Source of the DNA: Dehalococcoidia bacterium
Lineage (GTDB): Bacteria > Chloroflexota > Dehalococcoidia > GIF9 > AB-539-J10
Length of the DNA: 64,000 nt
Assembly (NCBI GenBank): GCA_049671165.1
Contig: JBATUN010000034.1
Coordinates: 36,831 to 100,830 of the forward strand
Direction: 5' to 3'
The notes under the pieces were generated by a model. The model searched no databases, was not told the DNA's origin, and worked only from the letters and a program-made list of their open reading frames with translations. Shown piece after piece: positions 10,564 to 20,694 of this stretch; position 1 is the stretch's first letter, and every line of letters begins with the position of its first letter. Position numbers and translations under genes: made by a program.

Positions 10564-10893
10564 ATGACTGACAGGCCTGAAAGAAAAGCAGGGCAACCGT
10601 ACAGTCCGGAGGAGATCCTTTCTTTTGACCGCATCAGGAGGGCTATGACAAGCAGGGTTTTGGATAGGATAGAAGAATTGTGGCAGGGAAAACAGCCCCT
10701 CAGTGTTGAGCAGGTGAATGAAGTGATTGCGAGTGAATGGCAGAGAGTAAAGGAGGCGGTCAGGTCATCACCAGCAGCGCGGGAAGCCTTCCGTAAATAC
10801 TTGGAACACACCGTCTCTGACCAAATAGAAAAGTTGATGAAAGAGGATAAGACTGAGCTAGAATCATTAGGCGTTGTAGAGAAGGGTCTATAG
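10564..10893 (+). CDS. hypothetical protein
   Basis: 109-aa ORF preceded by GGGAGG. No family recognised. Confidence 0.4.
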   Translation: MTDRPERKAGQPYSPEEILSFDRIRRAMTSRVLDRIEELWQGKQPLSVEQVNEVIASEWQRVKEAVRSSPAAREAFRKYLEHTVSDQIEKLMKEDKTELESLGVVEKGL

Positions 10894-10894
10894 A

Positions 10895-11134
10895 TTGGTT
10901 TCACAGGATAGAGCTAAGCTAGGCAAACAGGTCAGCCAAGACCGAGATATGGGGCAGTTAATTAGGCACCTCGATATGTTGGATGAGAGGCTGGATAATA
11001 TAGATTCTATAGTAACATCTCTTATAGAAAGAGTGATGGGAAGGCCGCTTGTCATAGAAGTAACCTGCCCTAATTGTGGTCAAACTGTACAGATCAATGT
11101 CACCAGTGGTGTGAGGCTGCGGGGAAAAGAATAG
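10895..11134 (+). CDS. hypothetical small protein with one CxxC; start uncertain (alternative ATG at 10949)
   Basis: 79-aa ORF directly after the previous gene. No family recognised. Confidence 0.3.
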   Translation: MVSQDRAKLGKQVSQDRDMGQLIRHLDMLDERLDNIDSIVTSLIERVMGRPLVIEVTCPNCGQTVQINVTSGVRLRGKE

Positions 11135-11222
11135 TCTTGGCATGAATCGTATTCTTTTCAATGTCTAATTTCTAATCCACCCAATGACAAGTGCTCTTCT
11201 ATTTTTGCATGTTTTCAAAGGT

Positions 11223-11251
11223 TTGCCCTGTTTAGCTATGTCTGATAGAAT
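11223..11251 (+). promoter_or_regulatory. candidate sigma70-type promoter for tRNA-Val
   Basis: TTGCCC-N17-TAGAAT ending 8 nt before the tRNA 5' end. Confidence 0.45.
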
Positions 11252-11259
11252 CGTCGGAT

Positions 11260-11332
11260 GGGCGGTTAGCTCAGTGGTTAGAGCGCTGCGTTGACATCGC
11301 AGAGGTCACTGGTTCAAGTCCAGTACTGCCCA
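11260..11332 (+). tRNA. tRNA-Val (GAC)
   Basis: Hand-folded cloverleaf. Acceptor GGGCGGT/ACTGCCC, anticodon stem CTGCG/CGCAG with loop TTGACAT, T-loop GGTTCAAGTCC. No encoded CCA. Confidence 0.9.
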
Positions 11333-11383
11333 TTTTTTGATGGAATTATGAGTGATTTCTAGATTTGGAGTGGAGAGTCTGAG

Positions 11384-13114
11384 ATGAAATCACAAGAAAA
11401 GGATGAGCAAGTGGCGTCGATGCGCCACTCCGCATCTCATATCATGGCTGAGGCGGTACAATGTCTTTTCCCCGAGGCTAAATTTGGCATCGGACCGACC
11501 ATTGAGAATGGCTTCTACTATGACTTTGAGCTGCCACGCCCATTAACACCGGAAGATTTGCCTGTGATTGAGAATAAGATGAGGGAAATTATTAGTCAGG
11601 ATGTGCCATTCATTAGCGAAGAAATGAGTAACGATAAAGCGCGTAGACTCTTTGCTGCCCAGCCCTATAAACTGGAGCTTATAAACGAAATCGCCGATAC
11701 TAGTGTCACTATCTATAAACAAGGTTCCTTCACCGATTTATGCCGGGGTCCTCATATATCTTCTACGGGTGAAATAGAAGCATTTAAGCTTACCCATATA
11801 GCTGGGGCATACTGGCGTGGTGATGAAAAGCGACCCATGCTGCAAAGAATTTATGGCGTAGCTTTTGAGAACCAAGAGGAGCTTGACAATTATTTATCAT
11901 TGCAGGCTGAAGCTGCTAAACGCGACCATAGGAAACTGGGTAAAGAGCTCGACCTCTTCAGTATTCACGAGGAGATTGGTCCAGGCCTAATTTGTTGGCA
12001 TCCCAAAGGTGCTTTGATTCGACGAATCATCGAAGACTTCTGGAAGGCAGAGCACATCAAGCGAGGCTATGACGTCGTTTATACTCCACACATTGCCAAG
12101 CTAGATTTGTGGAAAACTAGCGGCCATTTGGAATTCTATCGAGATTATCTGTTCTCACCGATAGAAATTGAGGGACAGCAATATATGCTCAAGCCCATGA
12201 ATTGCCTGGGCCATATTTTGATCTATAAAAGCCAATTGCATAGTTATCGGAATCTACCGTTGAGATATGCTGAATTAGGCACGGTATATAGGTATGAACG
12301 AACTGGCGTGTTATATGGTCTGGCCAGGGTCAGGGGATTTACTCAAGATGATGCTCACATTTTTTGCCGCCCTGATCAGGTTGAACAGGAAGTGAGAGAA
12401 GTTGTGAACCTGGCACAATTTATGATGTCTAGCTTTGGCTTTGGTGAATATGAGCTGTCGCTATCAACGCGTCCTGAGAAATATGCTGGCACAGTCTCAA
12501 TGTGGGAAGAAGCCACGGAGGCATTGAAACACGTTTTGGAGAAACTTGGCTTGCATTATGAAGTTGACCCTGGCGAGGGAGTTTTCTACGGGCCGAAAAT
12601 CGATATTAAACTTAAGGATGCTGTAGGGCATGTCTGGCAAGGTCCTACCATCCAAGTCGATTTCAATTTGCCACAACGCTTTGATGTCTGTTATATTGGT
12701 GAGGACGGACTGGAGCATAATGTCGTTATGATACACCGCACAGTCCTGGGTAGTATGGAGCGTTTTCTAGCTTGCCTCGTAGAGCACTACGGTGGCGCTT
12801 TTCCGGTATGGTTATCGCCGGTTCAGGCAACGATAGTTCCCATAGCAGACCGCCATGCTGGCTATGCACATGAGATAGAGAGCGATTTTAGAGATGATGG
12901 CATCCGAGTTCGGGTTGACGACCGCTCGGAGAGGATGAATTTGAAAATAAGAGAAGCCCAGCTGGAGAAAGTGCCGTATATGCTTGTAATTGGCGATAAG
13001 GAAATGGCTTCATCCAGTGTGTCGCTCCGCTTAAGGAGCGGCGGGAATCTGGGCTTGGAAAGTGTGGCACAAGTTAAAAGTAGAATAATGGCGGCTGTAG
13101 AGGCCAAGTCCTGA
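11384..13114 (+). CDS. thrS: threonine--tRNA ligase (short form lacking the N-terminal TGS domain)
   Basis: 576 aa. The HSASH editing-domain motif sits at residues ~15-19, followed by the class II core and an anticodon-binding domain. Confidence 0.92.
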   Translation: MKSQEKDEQVASMRHSASHIMAEAVQCLFPEAKFGIGPTIENGFYYDFELPRPLTPEDLPVIENKMREIISQDVPFISEEMSNDKARRLFAAQPYKLELINEIADTSVTIYKQGSFTDLCRGPHISSTGEIEAFKLTHIAGAYWRGDEKRPMLQRIYGVAFENQEELDNYLSLQAEAAKRDHRKLGKELDLFSIHEEIGPGLICWHPKGALIRRIIEDFWKAEHIKRGYDVVYTPHIAKLDLWKTSGHLEFYRDYLFSPIEIEGQQYMLKPMNCLGHILIYKSQLHSYRNLPLRYAELGTVYRYERTGVLYGLARVRGFTQDDAHIFCRPDQVEQEVREVVNLAQFMMSSFGFGEYELSLSTRPEKYAGTVSMWEEATEALKHVLEKLGLHYEVDPGEGVFYGPKIDIKLKDAVGHVWQGPTIQVDFNLPQRFDVCYIGEDGLEHNVVMIHRTVLGSMERFLACLVEHYGGAFPVWLSPVQATIVPIADRHAGYAHEIESDFRDDGIRVRVDDRSERMNLKIREAQLEKVPYMLVIGDKEMASSSVSLRLRSGGNLGLESVAQVKSRIMAAVEAKS

Positions 13115-13140
13115 ATACTGTTTCAGGGGGTAGAAAGAGC

Positions 13141-13695
13141 ATAGTCAAAGAACTAATAACCAATAGGAGAATCAGAGCCAAAGAAGTGCGCCTCATAGGG
13201 GAAGATGGGGAACAGCTGGGCGTGGTGCCTCTACAGAAAGCATTGCAGCTTGCCTATGAGCACGGGCTCGATTTGGTGCAGGTAGCATCAACGGTGGCTC
13301 CGCCAGTATGCCGACTTCTTGACTACGGTAAATATAAGTATGAGCAAACTAAAAAAGAGCGCAAGGCAAAAAGGGGCCAAAGAGTTGGCTTACTCAAGGA
13401 GGTCCGTTTAAGACCCAAGATAGAAGAGCACGATTTACAGGCAAAAATCAAGACCACGAAGAAATTATTGGAGGAGGGTAATAAAGTACGGTTGTTTCTA
13501 AGGTTTAGAGGACGCGAAGTTATTTATCCTGAACTAGGTTGGAATGTGCTGCGTAAAGTGGCCGAAGCCTTGAAAGAATTAGCCGTGGTAAGCGGTTCTG
13601 TTAATAATGATAGGACTATAGCCGTGGTCTTATCCCCGGTTTCCCAAAAGAAGTCTAAGGAGACAAGAACAGATGCCAAAACTGAAAACCCATAA
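13141..13695 (+). CDS. infC: translation initiation factor IF-3, probably with a non-canonical ATA start
   Basis: The track ORF begins at GTG 13186, inside the conserved [17 protein letters not shown] motif. The frame is open upstream, and ATA at 13141 gives (M)[19 protein letters not shown] with GGGGGT 9 nt upstream. The exact start is uncertain. Confidence 0.8.
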   Translation: MVKELITNRRIRAKEVRLIGEDGEQLGVVPLQKALQLAYEHGLDLVQVASTVAPPVCRLLDYGKYKYEQTKKERKAKRGQRVGLLKEVRLRPKIEEHDLQAKIKTTKKLLEEGNKVRLFLRFRGREVIYPELGWNVLRKVAEALKELAVVSGSVNNDRTIAVVLSPVSQKKSKETRTDAKTENP

Positions 13696-13870
13696 AGGGG
13701 CCAAGAGCCGTTTTCATATTACGGGTAGCGGCAAGCTGATGCGCACTAAATGCGGCAAGAGCCATTTGAGGCGAAAAAAGGCTCCTAGAACTAAGCGCCT
13801 CTACGATGAAACGATACCGGTCTCCTCAGCGGATAAGAAGAGAGTGAGGAGGCTTTTACCCCACAAATAG
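13673..13870 (+). CDS. rpmI: 50S ribosomal protein L35
   Basis: 65 aa starting [14 protein letters not shown]. It overlaps the infC end. Confidence 0.9.
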   Translation: MPKLKTHKGAKSRFHITGSGKLMRTKCGKSHLRRKKAPRTKRLYDETIPVSSADKKRVRRLLPHK

Positions 13871-13943
13871 TGTAGGGAAGGAAAGTAATTCATTGTGTTG
13901 CTGAAGAAAAAAAGATAACGCCCAAGGATTAAAGGAGGAAAAC

Positions 13944-14309
13944 TTGCCACGAGCCAGGAGCGGAAAAACCACCCACAGACGGCACAAGAAGGTACTTGAA
14001 CTGACTAAAGGGCATCGCGCTGCCCGCCATAAGCTTTATACTGTAGCCCATCAGTCCATGCTTCATGCCTTAGATTATTCCTATTGTCATCGTCGTGAGC
14101 GGAAACGTGACTTCAGGAGACTGTGGGTCGCCCGCATCAATGCTGCGGCGCGGGCTAGGGGGCTTACTTACAGTCAGTTTATGGTCGGGCTAAAAAGATC
14201 AAACATAGAAATTGATCGCAAGATGCTAGCCGAGATGGCAGTCAAAGATCCCGACGGCTTTGCTGCATTGGTGGCTTCGGTGAGCGAGACTAACTCGCCT
14301 CGCGTGTAG
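13944..14309 (+). CDS. rplT: 50S ribosomal protein L20
   Basis: 121 aa, [26 protein letters not shown] start after AAAGGAGG. Confidence 0.9.
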   Translation: MPRARSGKTTHRRHKKVLELTKGHRAARHKLYTVAHQSMLHALDYSYCHRRERKRDFRRLWVARINAAARARGLTYSQFMVGLKRSNIEIDRKMLAEMAVKDPDGFAALVASVSETNSPRV

Positions 14310-14368
14310 TGACATCATGCCTGGAAGTACCAGGATCTTTGGGCAGAGATAACACCACTTAGCAGTCA

Positions 14369-15403
14369 ATGCTAGAACAACTCAAAGACCTTCGTGCGCA
14401 AGCTCTCGAAGAGCTGAATAAAGTTGGCAATCCTCGAGAGCTAGAGCTATGGCGCGTTCGCTACCTGGGCAAGAAAAGCAATCTAACTCAGATTCTACGT
14501 TCCTTAGCCACTTTCGCCCTGGAAGAACGGCGTGAGGTGGGCGCCCAAGCTAACGAAATCAAGAGAGCTTTGGAGTCAAGCCTGGAAGAGAAAAGCAAAT
14601 TACTCCAGGAAGCTGTTTTGACCTCTCCTCGAGAATCCCGGATATTGGATGTGACCTTGCCTGGGCGACCCCTCCCGGCAGGGCGACTTCACCCCACCAC
14701 TCAGATACTGAAGGAAATCTGCGACATTTTCCAGAACATGGGCTTCCAGGTAATTGAAGGACCTGATGTGGAATGGGATTACTATAACTTTGAAGCATTG
14801 AATATTCCCCAACATCATCCGGCCCGAGATATGTTTGCTACCCTGTGGATAGATGCGGGTATGGAAGGGGAAGCCAGACTTTTACGGACGCACACTTCCC
14901 CCATGCAGATTAGATTGATGGAAAAGGAACGACCGCCGATAAGAGCGATAGTTCCCGGGCGGGTCTACCGATATGAGGCCACCGATGCTACTCATGAATC
15001 TATGTTTTATCAAGTTGAAGGTTTGGCTGTGGACAAGGGCATCACCCTGGCTGATTTGAAAGGCACCTTGTTTGACTTTTGCCGTTGTGTTTTCGGTGAG
15101 GAAAGAAAAGTGCGATTTCGTTGTGATTACTTTCCTTTTGTGGAACCGGGGGTGGAAGTAGCCATTAGCTGTTTGGCCTGCAACGGGACGGGCTGTCGGC
15201 TGTGTGGCTACAGTGGCTGGATTGAAATACTGGGAGCGGGTATGGTGCATCCCGACGTGCTGGCGCGCGTTGATATCAACCCCAATCTTTACAGTGGTTT
15301 TGCCTTCGGCATGGGAGTTGAGCGTATACCCATGCTGCGCTATGGTATTGATGACATCCGCCTCTTTTATAGCAATGACCTCAGGTTTTTGAGGCAATTC
15401 TAA
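14369..15403 (+). CDS. pheS: phenylalanine--tRNA ligase alpha subunit
   Basis: 344 aa with class II motifs including HPARDM and GMGVERI. Confidence 0.92.
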   Translation: MLEQLKDLRAQALEELNKVGNPRELELWRVRYLGKKSNLTQILRSLATFALEERREVGAQANEIKRALESSLEEKSKLLQEAVLTSPRESRILDVTLPGRPLPAGRLHPTTQILKEICDIFQNMGFQVIEGPDVEWDYYNFEALNIPQHHPARDMFATLWIDAGMEGEARLLRTHTSPMQIRLMEKERPPIRAIVPGRVYRYEATDATHESMFYQVEGLAVDKGITLADLKGTLFDFCRCVFGEERKVRFRCDYFPFVEPGVEVAISCLACNGTGCRLCGYSGWIEILGAGMVHPDVLARVDINPNLYSGFAFGMGVERIPMLRYGIDDIRLFYSNDLRFLRQF

Positions 15404-15419
15404 GTTTTAAGGTGACAAT

Positions 15420-17891
15420 ATGAAAGTCTCCCTCAAGTGGCTCAAGGATTATGTTGACATAAAGCTTGCTTCTAAAGAGCTTGCTGAAAAGCTCACCATG
15501 GCTGGCCTGGAAGTCAGGGCCATCGAGACTGTAGGTGGTACATGGGACAATGTGGTGATAGGGGAGGTAATAGCCCTAGATCCTCATCCTAATGCTGACC
15601 GCCTTAAGCTGGCTACGGTTGATTTGGGCACTGAGCAAGTCACCACGGTTTGCGGCGCGCCTAATATCAACCTCGGTCAAAGGGTGACTTTTGCCCATGT
15701 GGGAGCCCGCCTCATGGATCCGCATACTGGGGAAGCTGCGGTACTGAAGCCGGCTAAGATTCGCGGTGTTGTTTCCCAGGGCATGGTCTGCTCAGAGAAA
15801 GAGCTGGGGATTTCTGAAAGTCACGAGGGCATTTTGGTGCTGCCGCCGGAGGCGCCCATGGGTGCACCTCTCAGCGCTTATCTGGGCGATGTATTTTTGG
15901 ATTTAGATATAACACCTAACCGCCCGGATTGTTTATCTGTGATTGGTATTGCCCGAGAAATTGCTGCCCTAACCGATGAATCACTCCGCCTGCCCGAGGT
16001 TCATTACGAGGAAACAGAGAAGTCAATAGATTCCTTGGCCTCTGTTGACATAGTCAATGCAGACCTGTGTCCCAGGTACTGTGCTAGCCTGGTTACCGGA
16101 ATCAGGATAGCCCCATCCCCAGGTTGGCTGCAACAGCGCCTGAATAGCTGCGGAATGCGTCCCATTAACAACGTGGTTGACGTTACTAATTACGTGATGC
16201 TGGAATATGGTCAGCCCCTTCACGCCTTCGACTATGACAAACTTAAGGGGCGGCAGATTATCGTTCGCAGGGCCGGAAATGGGGAAACCATAACTACCCT
16301 CGATGGCTCAAAGCGCACTCTGAATGCAGACATACTGGCTATTGCCGACAAAGAAGAAGTTGTTGCTGTCGCTGGAATCATGGGTGGCCTGGATTCCGAA
16401 GTCACGGACGAAACTGATACTATACTCCTGGAGTCAGCGAATTTTAACCAGGCTGCCATTCGTCGGGGCTGTAGCCATCTTCAATTCCAAAGCGAAGCCT
16501 CGATTCGCTTTGACAAAGGGCTTAATAGCGAGCTGCCGTTACCACCATTGAAGCGGGCCACTCAATTGCTGCTGGAGCTAGCCGGTGGCAAAGCAGCCAG
16601 AGGCATAATTGATGTTTATCCCGGGAAATCAGAACCAAACCTAGTGTCACTTACCACCCGGGAGGTGAAGCGTCTTTCAGGCTTGAAGGCAAACATGGAT
16701 GAGATGCTTGAGGTATTGAAAGCGCTGGGCTTTGAATGCCAGAAAGGCGATTCAAGCTCGCAGATTTTGGTCTCTATACCCTATTGGCGTAGTGATGTTA
16801 AATGCTGTGCTGACCTCGTGGAGGAAGTAGCCCGCATGATCGGTTACGACAAGGTCCCTATGACCAGGCTTAGTTCTCCTTTGCCTCTGCAAGAATCAAG
16901 ACTGTCACCAGCAGCCCGGCAGAGCAGCCTCAGAGAGAAATTGAGCTATCTTCTAACGGGTTTTGGCTTTCAAGAGATATCGACGTATTCCTTAGTCAGC
17001 CTGGAAAAGCTCGAGAAGCTTTCGCCCAAGCTTGAGCTGAAGATTCCCCCGCTAAAGGTCGCTAACCCTATGACGAGGGAGCAGGAATATCTGCGTACCA
17101 GCCTGCGTGCCGGTCTTCTGGCCACCTTGGCCCATAACCAGAAATTCGAGCAAGCTGGCATAAGGCTCTTTGAAATTGGCAAGGTATTCTTGCCTCAGCA
17201 CCCTCGCGTCATTGCGACCCTGAGTGAAACGAAGGGGAAGCAATCTCAAGAAGAAAGGGAGCTACCCCAGGAAAAAGATATGCTCTGTGCAGTGCTCAGC
17301 GGCACAAGAACAGAACTATCCTGGCAAACTGACAAAGAGTCACTCGATTTCTTTGATGCCAAGGGGGTAGTGGAGAGGCTTCTGAGCCAATTGGGGCTGA
17401 AAGCGAGTTTTGAGGATAGCGATGATGAAGGCTTACACCCGGGGAGAGGAGCTAACGTAATCGTCGAAGATGATAAGGTAGGTATTGTGGGAGATCTGTA
17501 TCCCAAGGTAGCGCAAGCCTTTGAACTTTCTAATACTATTTGCCTTATAGAAATTGACCTGGAGAAGCTGTCGACTAAGATTACCGGGACAAGAGGGTAC
17601 CAGTCGATTCCGAGGTTCCCTAGTGTTTCCAGAGACATCGCCCTGGTAATAGATGAGCAAGTGACCTATCGAAGGGTGGAGGAAATAATCCAAAGCTTTC
17701 CGCTAGTGATGAAGGTAACGCTGTTTGACCTTTATCGAGGTGAGCAAATACGCGAGGGCAAGAAATCTTTTGCCATAAGGATTGTGTGCCAATCGCCCAG
17801 CCGTACCTTGACTGATGAGGAGGTCGACCAAACTCAGGAACAGATGCTCGCTAGACTACGTCAGGAACTGGGCGCGACTTTGAGAGCTTAG
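15420..17891 (+). CDS. pheT: phenylalanine--tRNA ligase beta subunit
   Basis: 823 aa starting MKVSLKWLKDYV, with tRNA-binding, B3/4, B5 and FDX-ACB domain order. Confidence 0.92.
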   Translation: MKVSLKWLKDYVDIKLASKELAEKLTMAGLEVRAIETVGGTWDNVVIGEVIALDPHPNADRLKLATVDLGTEQVTTVCGAPNINLGQRVTFAHVGARLMDPHTGEAAVLKPAKIRGVVSQGMVCSEKELGISESHEGILVLPPEAPMGAPLSAYLGDVFLDLDITPNRPDCLSVIGIAREIAALTDESLRLPEVHYEETEKSIDSLASVDIVNADLCPRYCASLVTGIRIAPSPGWLQQRLNSCGMRPINNVVDVTNYVMLEYGQPLHAFDYDKLKGRQIIVRRAGNGETITTLDGSKRTLNADILAIADKEEVVAVAGIMGGLDSEVTDETDTILLESANFNQAAIRRGCSHLQFQSEASIRFDKGLNSELPLPPLKRATQLLLELAGGKAARGIIDVYPGKSEPNLVSLTTREVKRLSGLKANMDEMLEVLKALGFECQKGDSSSQILVSIPYWRSDVKCCADLVEEVARMIGYDKVPMTRLSSPLPLQESRLSPAARQSSLREKLSYLLTGFGFQEISTYSLVSLEKLEKLSPKLELKIPPLKVANPMTREQEYLRTSLRAGLLATLAHNQKFEQAGIRLFEIGKVFLPQHPRVIATLSETKGKQSQEERELPQEKDMLCAVLSGTRTELSWQTDKESLDFFDAKGVVERLLSQLGLKASFEDSDDEGLHPGRGANVIVEDDKVGIVGDLYPKVAQAFELSNTICLIEIDLEKLSTKITGTRGYQSIPRFPSVSRDIALVIDEQVTYRRVEEIIQSFPLVMKVTLFDLYRGEQIREGKKSFAIRIVCQSPSRTLTDEEVDQTQEQMLARLRQELGATLRA

Positions 17892-17911
17892 GTCAAGGGG
17901 GCTAGGGTGGG

Positions 17912-19627
17912 TCAGCGCTGAGCTTTTGCAGCTTCATTCAGAAGCTTGTTTACCTGTGCGGCCAGATTATCTAGAGGCAGAAGCCGGGTCTCCTTCTCCA
18001 TGCGCCATTTCGCCTCTATGCTCTGGCTCTGTAAGGTGCGTGGAGATAATGTCAATCGCAGTGGTATTCCCAGGAGGTCGGCATCGTTGAATTTAACGCC
18101 GGGGGAATCGTCACGGTCATCGAAAAGCACTTCAATGCCTTCTTTTTGTAGTTCTTGATAAAGCTTTTCTGCGGTAGGAGCGACTGCCGATTTGTCCAAC
18201 GACAGAGGGCAAAGGTAGACTTGGTAGGGGGCAACACAGAGCGGCCAGATAATACCTTTGCCGTCGTGGCTTTGCTCTACGATAGCAGCCAGCAACCGCC
18301 CCAGTCCAATGCCATAGCTGCCCATAGCAATAGGGCGGGACTTGCCATCACTGTCCAAAAAGGATGCTCCAAATCTCTCACTGATGAAGGTTCCGAGCTT
18401 GAATACATGCCCCACTTCAATGCCCCGGGACAAAGATAATTTGCCGCGACATTTGGAGCAGCGGTCTCCGGCCCGAGCCAGGGCGATATCGGCTATGAGG
18501 TCAACCTGGAAGTCTCTGGGATAGTTGGTGTTCCTGAAGTGGTATCCCGCCTTATTAGCACCAACCACGAAGTTGGAGCCTAAGGTTATGGAATCATCGG
18601 CTACGACTTTGACTCCCTTTACGCCTATGGGTGAGGCAAAACCAGCCACAAGTCCAGCTCCATTCACTTCGGCTTCCGTAGCCAGGCGAAGCTCAGAGCA
18701 CTTTAAGGCATTTCTCAATTTCGTTTCGTTGACTTCCAGGTCCCCTCGAATAACGACGAAGATAAACTCACCGTCAGAAAAATAGAACACGGCCTTAAGA
18801 GTTTGACTTGACGGTACGCCCACAAAACCCGCTACTTCCTCTATGGTTTTTGTCGTCGGTGTGGCTATCTCCTCTAAAGGAAGCAGGGATTCGGTATTGG
18901 TTCCTGTCTTCACAAATTGAGCCTTCTCGGCATTGGCGGCATAGTCACAGTTGGAACAGCAAATGATTTCGTCCTCACCATCTTCGGTGAGGATCATGAA
19001 CTCGTGGGAATCCTTGCCACCTATGGCACCGCTGTCAGCCTCTATCATCAACGCCGGCAAACTGAGACGAGCATAGATGTTCTTGTAAGCCTGGCACATC
19101 TTCTGGTAACTTTCATGCAGGCCAGCTTCATCGGCATCAAGGCTGTAAAGGTCTTTCATGATAAACTCACGGACTCGTAGCAAGCCGCCGCGAGGTCGGG
19201 GCTCGTCACGAAGCTTGGTCTGTATTTGATAGAGGAGCAAGGGGAGATCCCGGTAGCTCTGCACGTAACGGTGGGCAAGGTCGGCGACAACCTCTTCGTG
19301 AGTGGGCCCCAGAGCCAGTGTATGTTCTTTGCGGTCGGTCAAAGTGAATAGAGATTTGCCAAAAGATACATCTCTGCCTGACTGCTGCCATAATTCAAAA
19401 GGCTGCAACACAGGCAGCATCAATTCCTGCCCGCCAGCCTTATCCATTTCCTGTCTGATAATGTTTTCTATCTTTTTGAGCACCCGCCAGCCCGAAGGCA
19501 GGTAAGAATAGACTCCAGCAGCCTCCTGAGCGATCATGCCGGCTCTGACCAGTAGCTGGTGGCTTGTGTTCTCAGCGTCTGTGGGTGCCTCCCGTAGTGT
19601 CTTGCCGAAAACCTTAGAAAAACGCAT
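17912..19627 (-). CDS. proS: proline--tRNA ligase (bacterial type with insertion/editing domain)
   Basis: 571 aa, MRFSKVFGKTLREAP..., with class II motifs. Confidence 0.92.
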   Translation of the reverse strand: MRFSKVFGKTLREAPTDAENTSHQLLVRAGMIAQEAAGVYSYLPSGWRVLKKIENIIRQEMDKAGGQELMLPVLQPFELWQQSGRDVSFGKSLFTLTDRKEHTLALGPTHEEVVADLAHRYVQSYRDLPLLLYQIQTKLRDEPRPRGGLLRVREFIMKDLYSLDADEAGLHESYQKMCQAYKNIYARLSLPALMIEADSGAIGGKDSHEFMILTEDGEDEIICCSNCDYAANAEKAQFVKTGTNTESLLPLEEIATPTTKTIEEVAGFVGVPSSQTLKAVFYFSDGEFIFVVIRGDLEVNETKLRNALKCSELRLATEAEVNGAGLVAGFASPIGVKGVKVVADDSITLGSNFVVGANKAGYHFRNTNYPRDFQVDLIADIALARAGDRCSKCRGKLSLSRGIEVGHVFKLGTFISERFGASFLDSDGKSRPIAMGSYGIGLGRLLAAIVEQSHDGKGIIWPLCVAPYQVYLCPLSLDKSAVAPTAEKLYQELQKEGIEVLFDDRDDSPGVKFNDADLLGIPLRLTLSPRTLQSQSIEAKWRMEKETRLLPLDNLAAQVNKLLNEAAKAQR

Positions 19628-19635
19628 TATCTTTA

Positions 19636-20694
19636 CTATAATCCTCCCTTATTGAGAGAGTCTATCTCTGCCATAAGGGCTTGTAGAAACCTATCCTCGC
19701 TCACTGTGCCCACTACCTCCCCTTTTCTAAATATAGCACCTTTGCCCTTCCCGCCGGCAACGCCGACATCGGCATCTTTGGCTTCGCCAGGACCATTGAC
19801 TACACAGCCCATAACTGCCACTTTAATAGGCTTGCTGATTTTTCCCAGGCGCTTGTTCACTGCCTCAGCCAGGGCAATGATGTCAACTTCGGCGCGCCCA
19901 CAGGAAGGGCAGCTCACCAGAGTTGGACCCCGTTGACGAAGCCCCAGGCTTTTAAGAATTTCGTAAGCCGCAAACACTTCCTCACGGGGATGAGCGGTGA
20001 GAGAGACGCGTATAGTATCGCCAATCCCCTGATGAAGAAGTACACCAATGCCTATGGCACTGCGTATGGCTCCCGTCCGGGGAAGCCCCGCCTCAGTGAC
20101 ACCCAGATGCAGGGGGTAGGGCATCTTATCGGCAATCATTTGATAAGCGTGAATGGTAGTGGGAACATCAAAGGCTTTGAGGGAGACCTTGATTAAATCG
20201 AAGTCCAGGCTCTCCATAAGCCTAATCTGATCTAATGCCATACTGACCATGCGCTCAGCTAGTGGAGAACCGGGCTGAAAATCAGCCGGTAAACTGCCAG
20301 CATTTACCCCAATACGGATAGGCACCTCTCGTTCTTTAGCAGCGGCTACTACCCGGGCAATCTGGTCCTTGTCCCCTATATTGCCGGGATTGAGGCGGAG
20401 TCCGTCAACACCAGCCTTTAGCGCACCCAGGGCCAAGCGGTAGTCGAAATGTATATCAGCAATAATAGGTAGCGAGACGCTCTTCTTTATAGTTGCCAGG
20501 CTTTCAGCAGCTTCCCTATCAGGAACTGCCACTCGCGCAATTTCACAGCCGGAATCCTCTAGCTCCTTAATCTGGTTTATGGTAGCCGGAATGTCACGGG
20601 TGTCGGTCTTGCTCATGGACTGCACCACGATGGGGGCGTCACCACCGACGGTCACCTTGCCAATTCTCAATTGTCTGGAGGGTCGACGCGTCAT
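19636..20694 (-). CDS. ispG: 4-hydroxy-3-methylbut-2-en-1-yl diphosphate synthase (flavodoxin)
   Basis: 352 aa with the SCPSCGR and GCVVNGPGE cluster motifs. Confidence 0.92.
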   Translation of the reverse strand: MTRRPSRQLRIGKVTVGGDAPIVVQSMSKTDTRDIPATINQIKELEDSGCEIARVAVPDREAAESLATIKKSVSLPIIADIHFDYRLALGALKAGVDGLRLNPGNIGDKDQIARVVAAAKEREVPIRIGVNAGSLPADFQPGSPLAERMVSMALDQIRLMESLDFDLIKVSLKAFDVPTTIHAYQMIADKMPYPLHLGVTEAGLPRTGAIRSAIGIGVLLHQGIGDTIRVSLTAHPREEVFAAYEILKSLGLRQRGPTLVSCPSCGRAEVDIIALAEAVNKRLGKISKPIKVAVMGCVVNGPGEAKDADVGVAGGKGKGAIFRKGEVVGTVSEDRFLQALMAEIDSLNKGGL

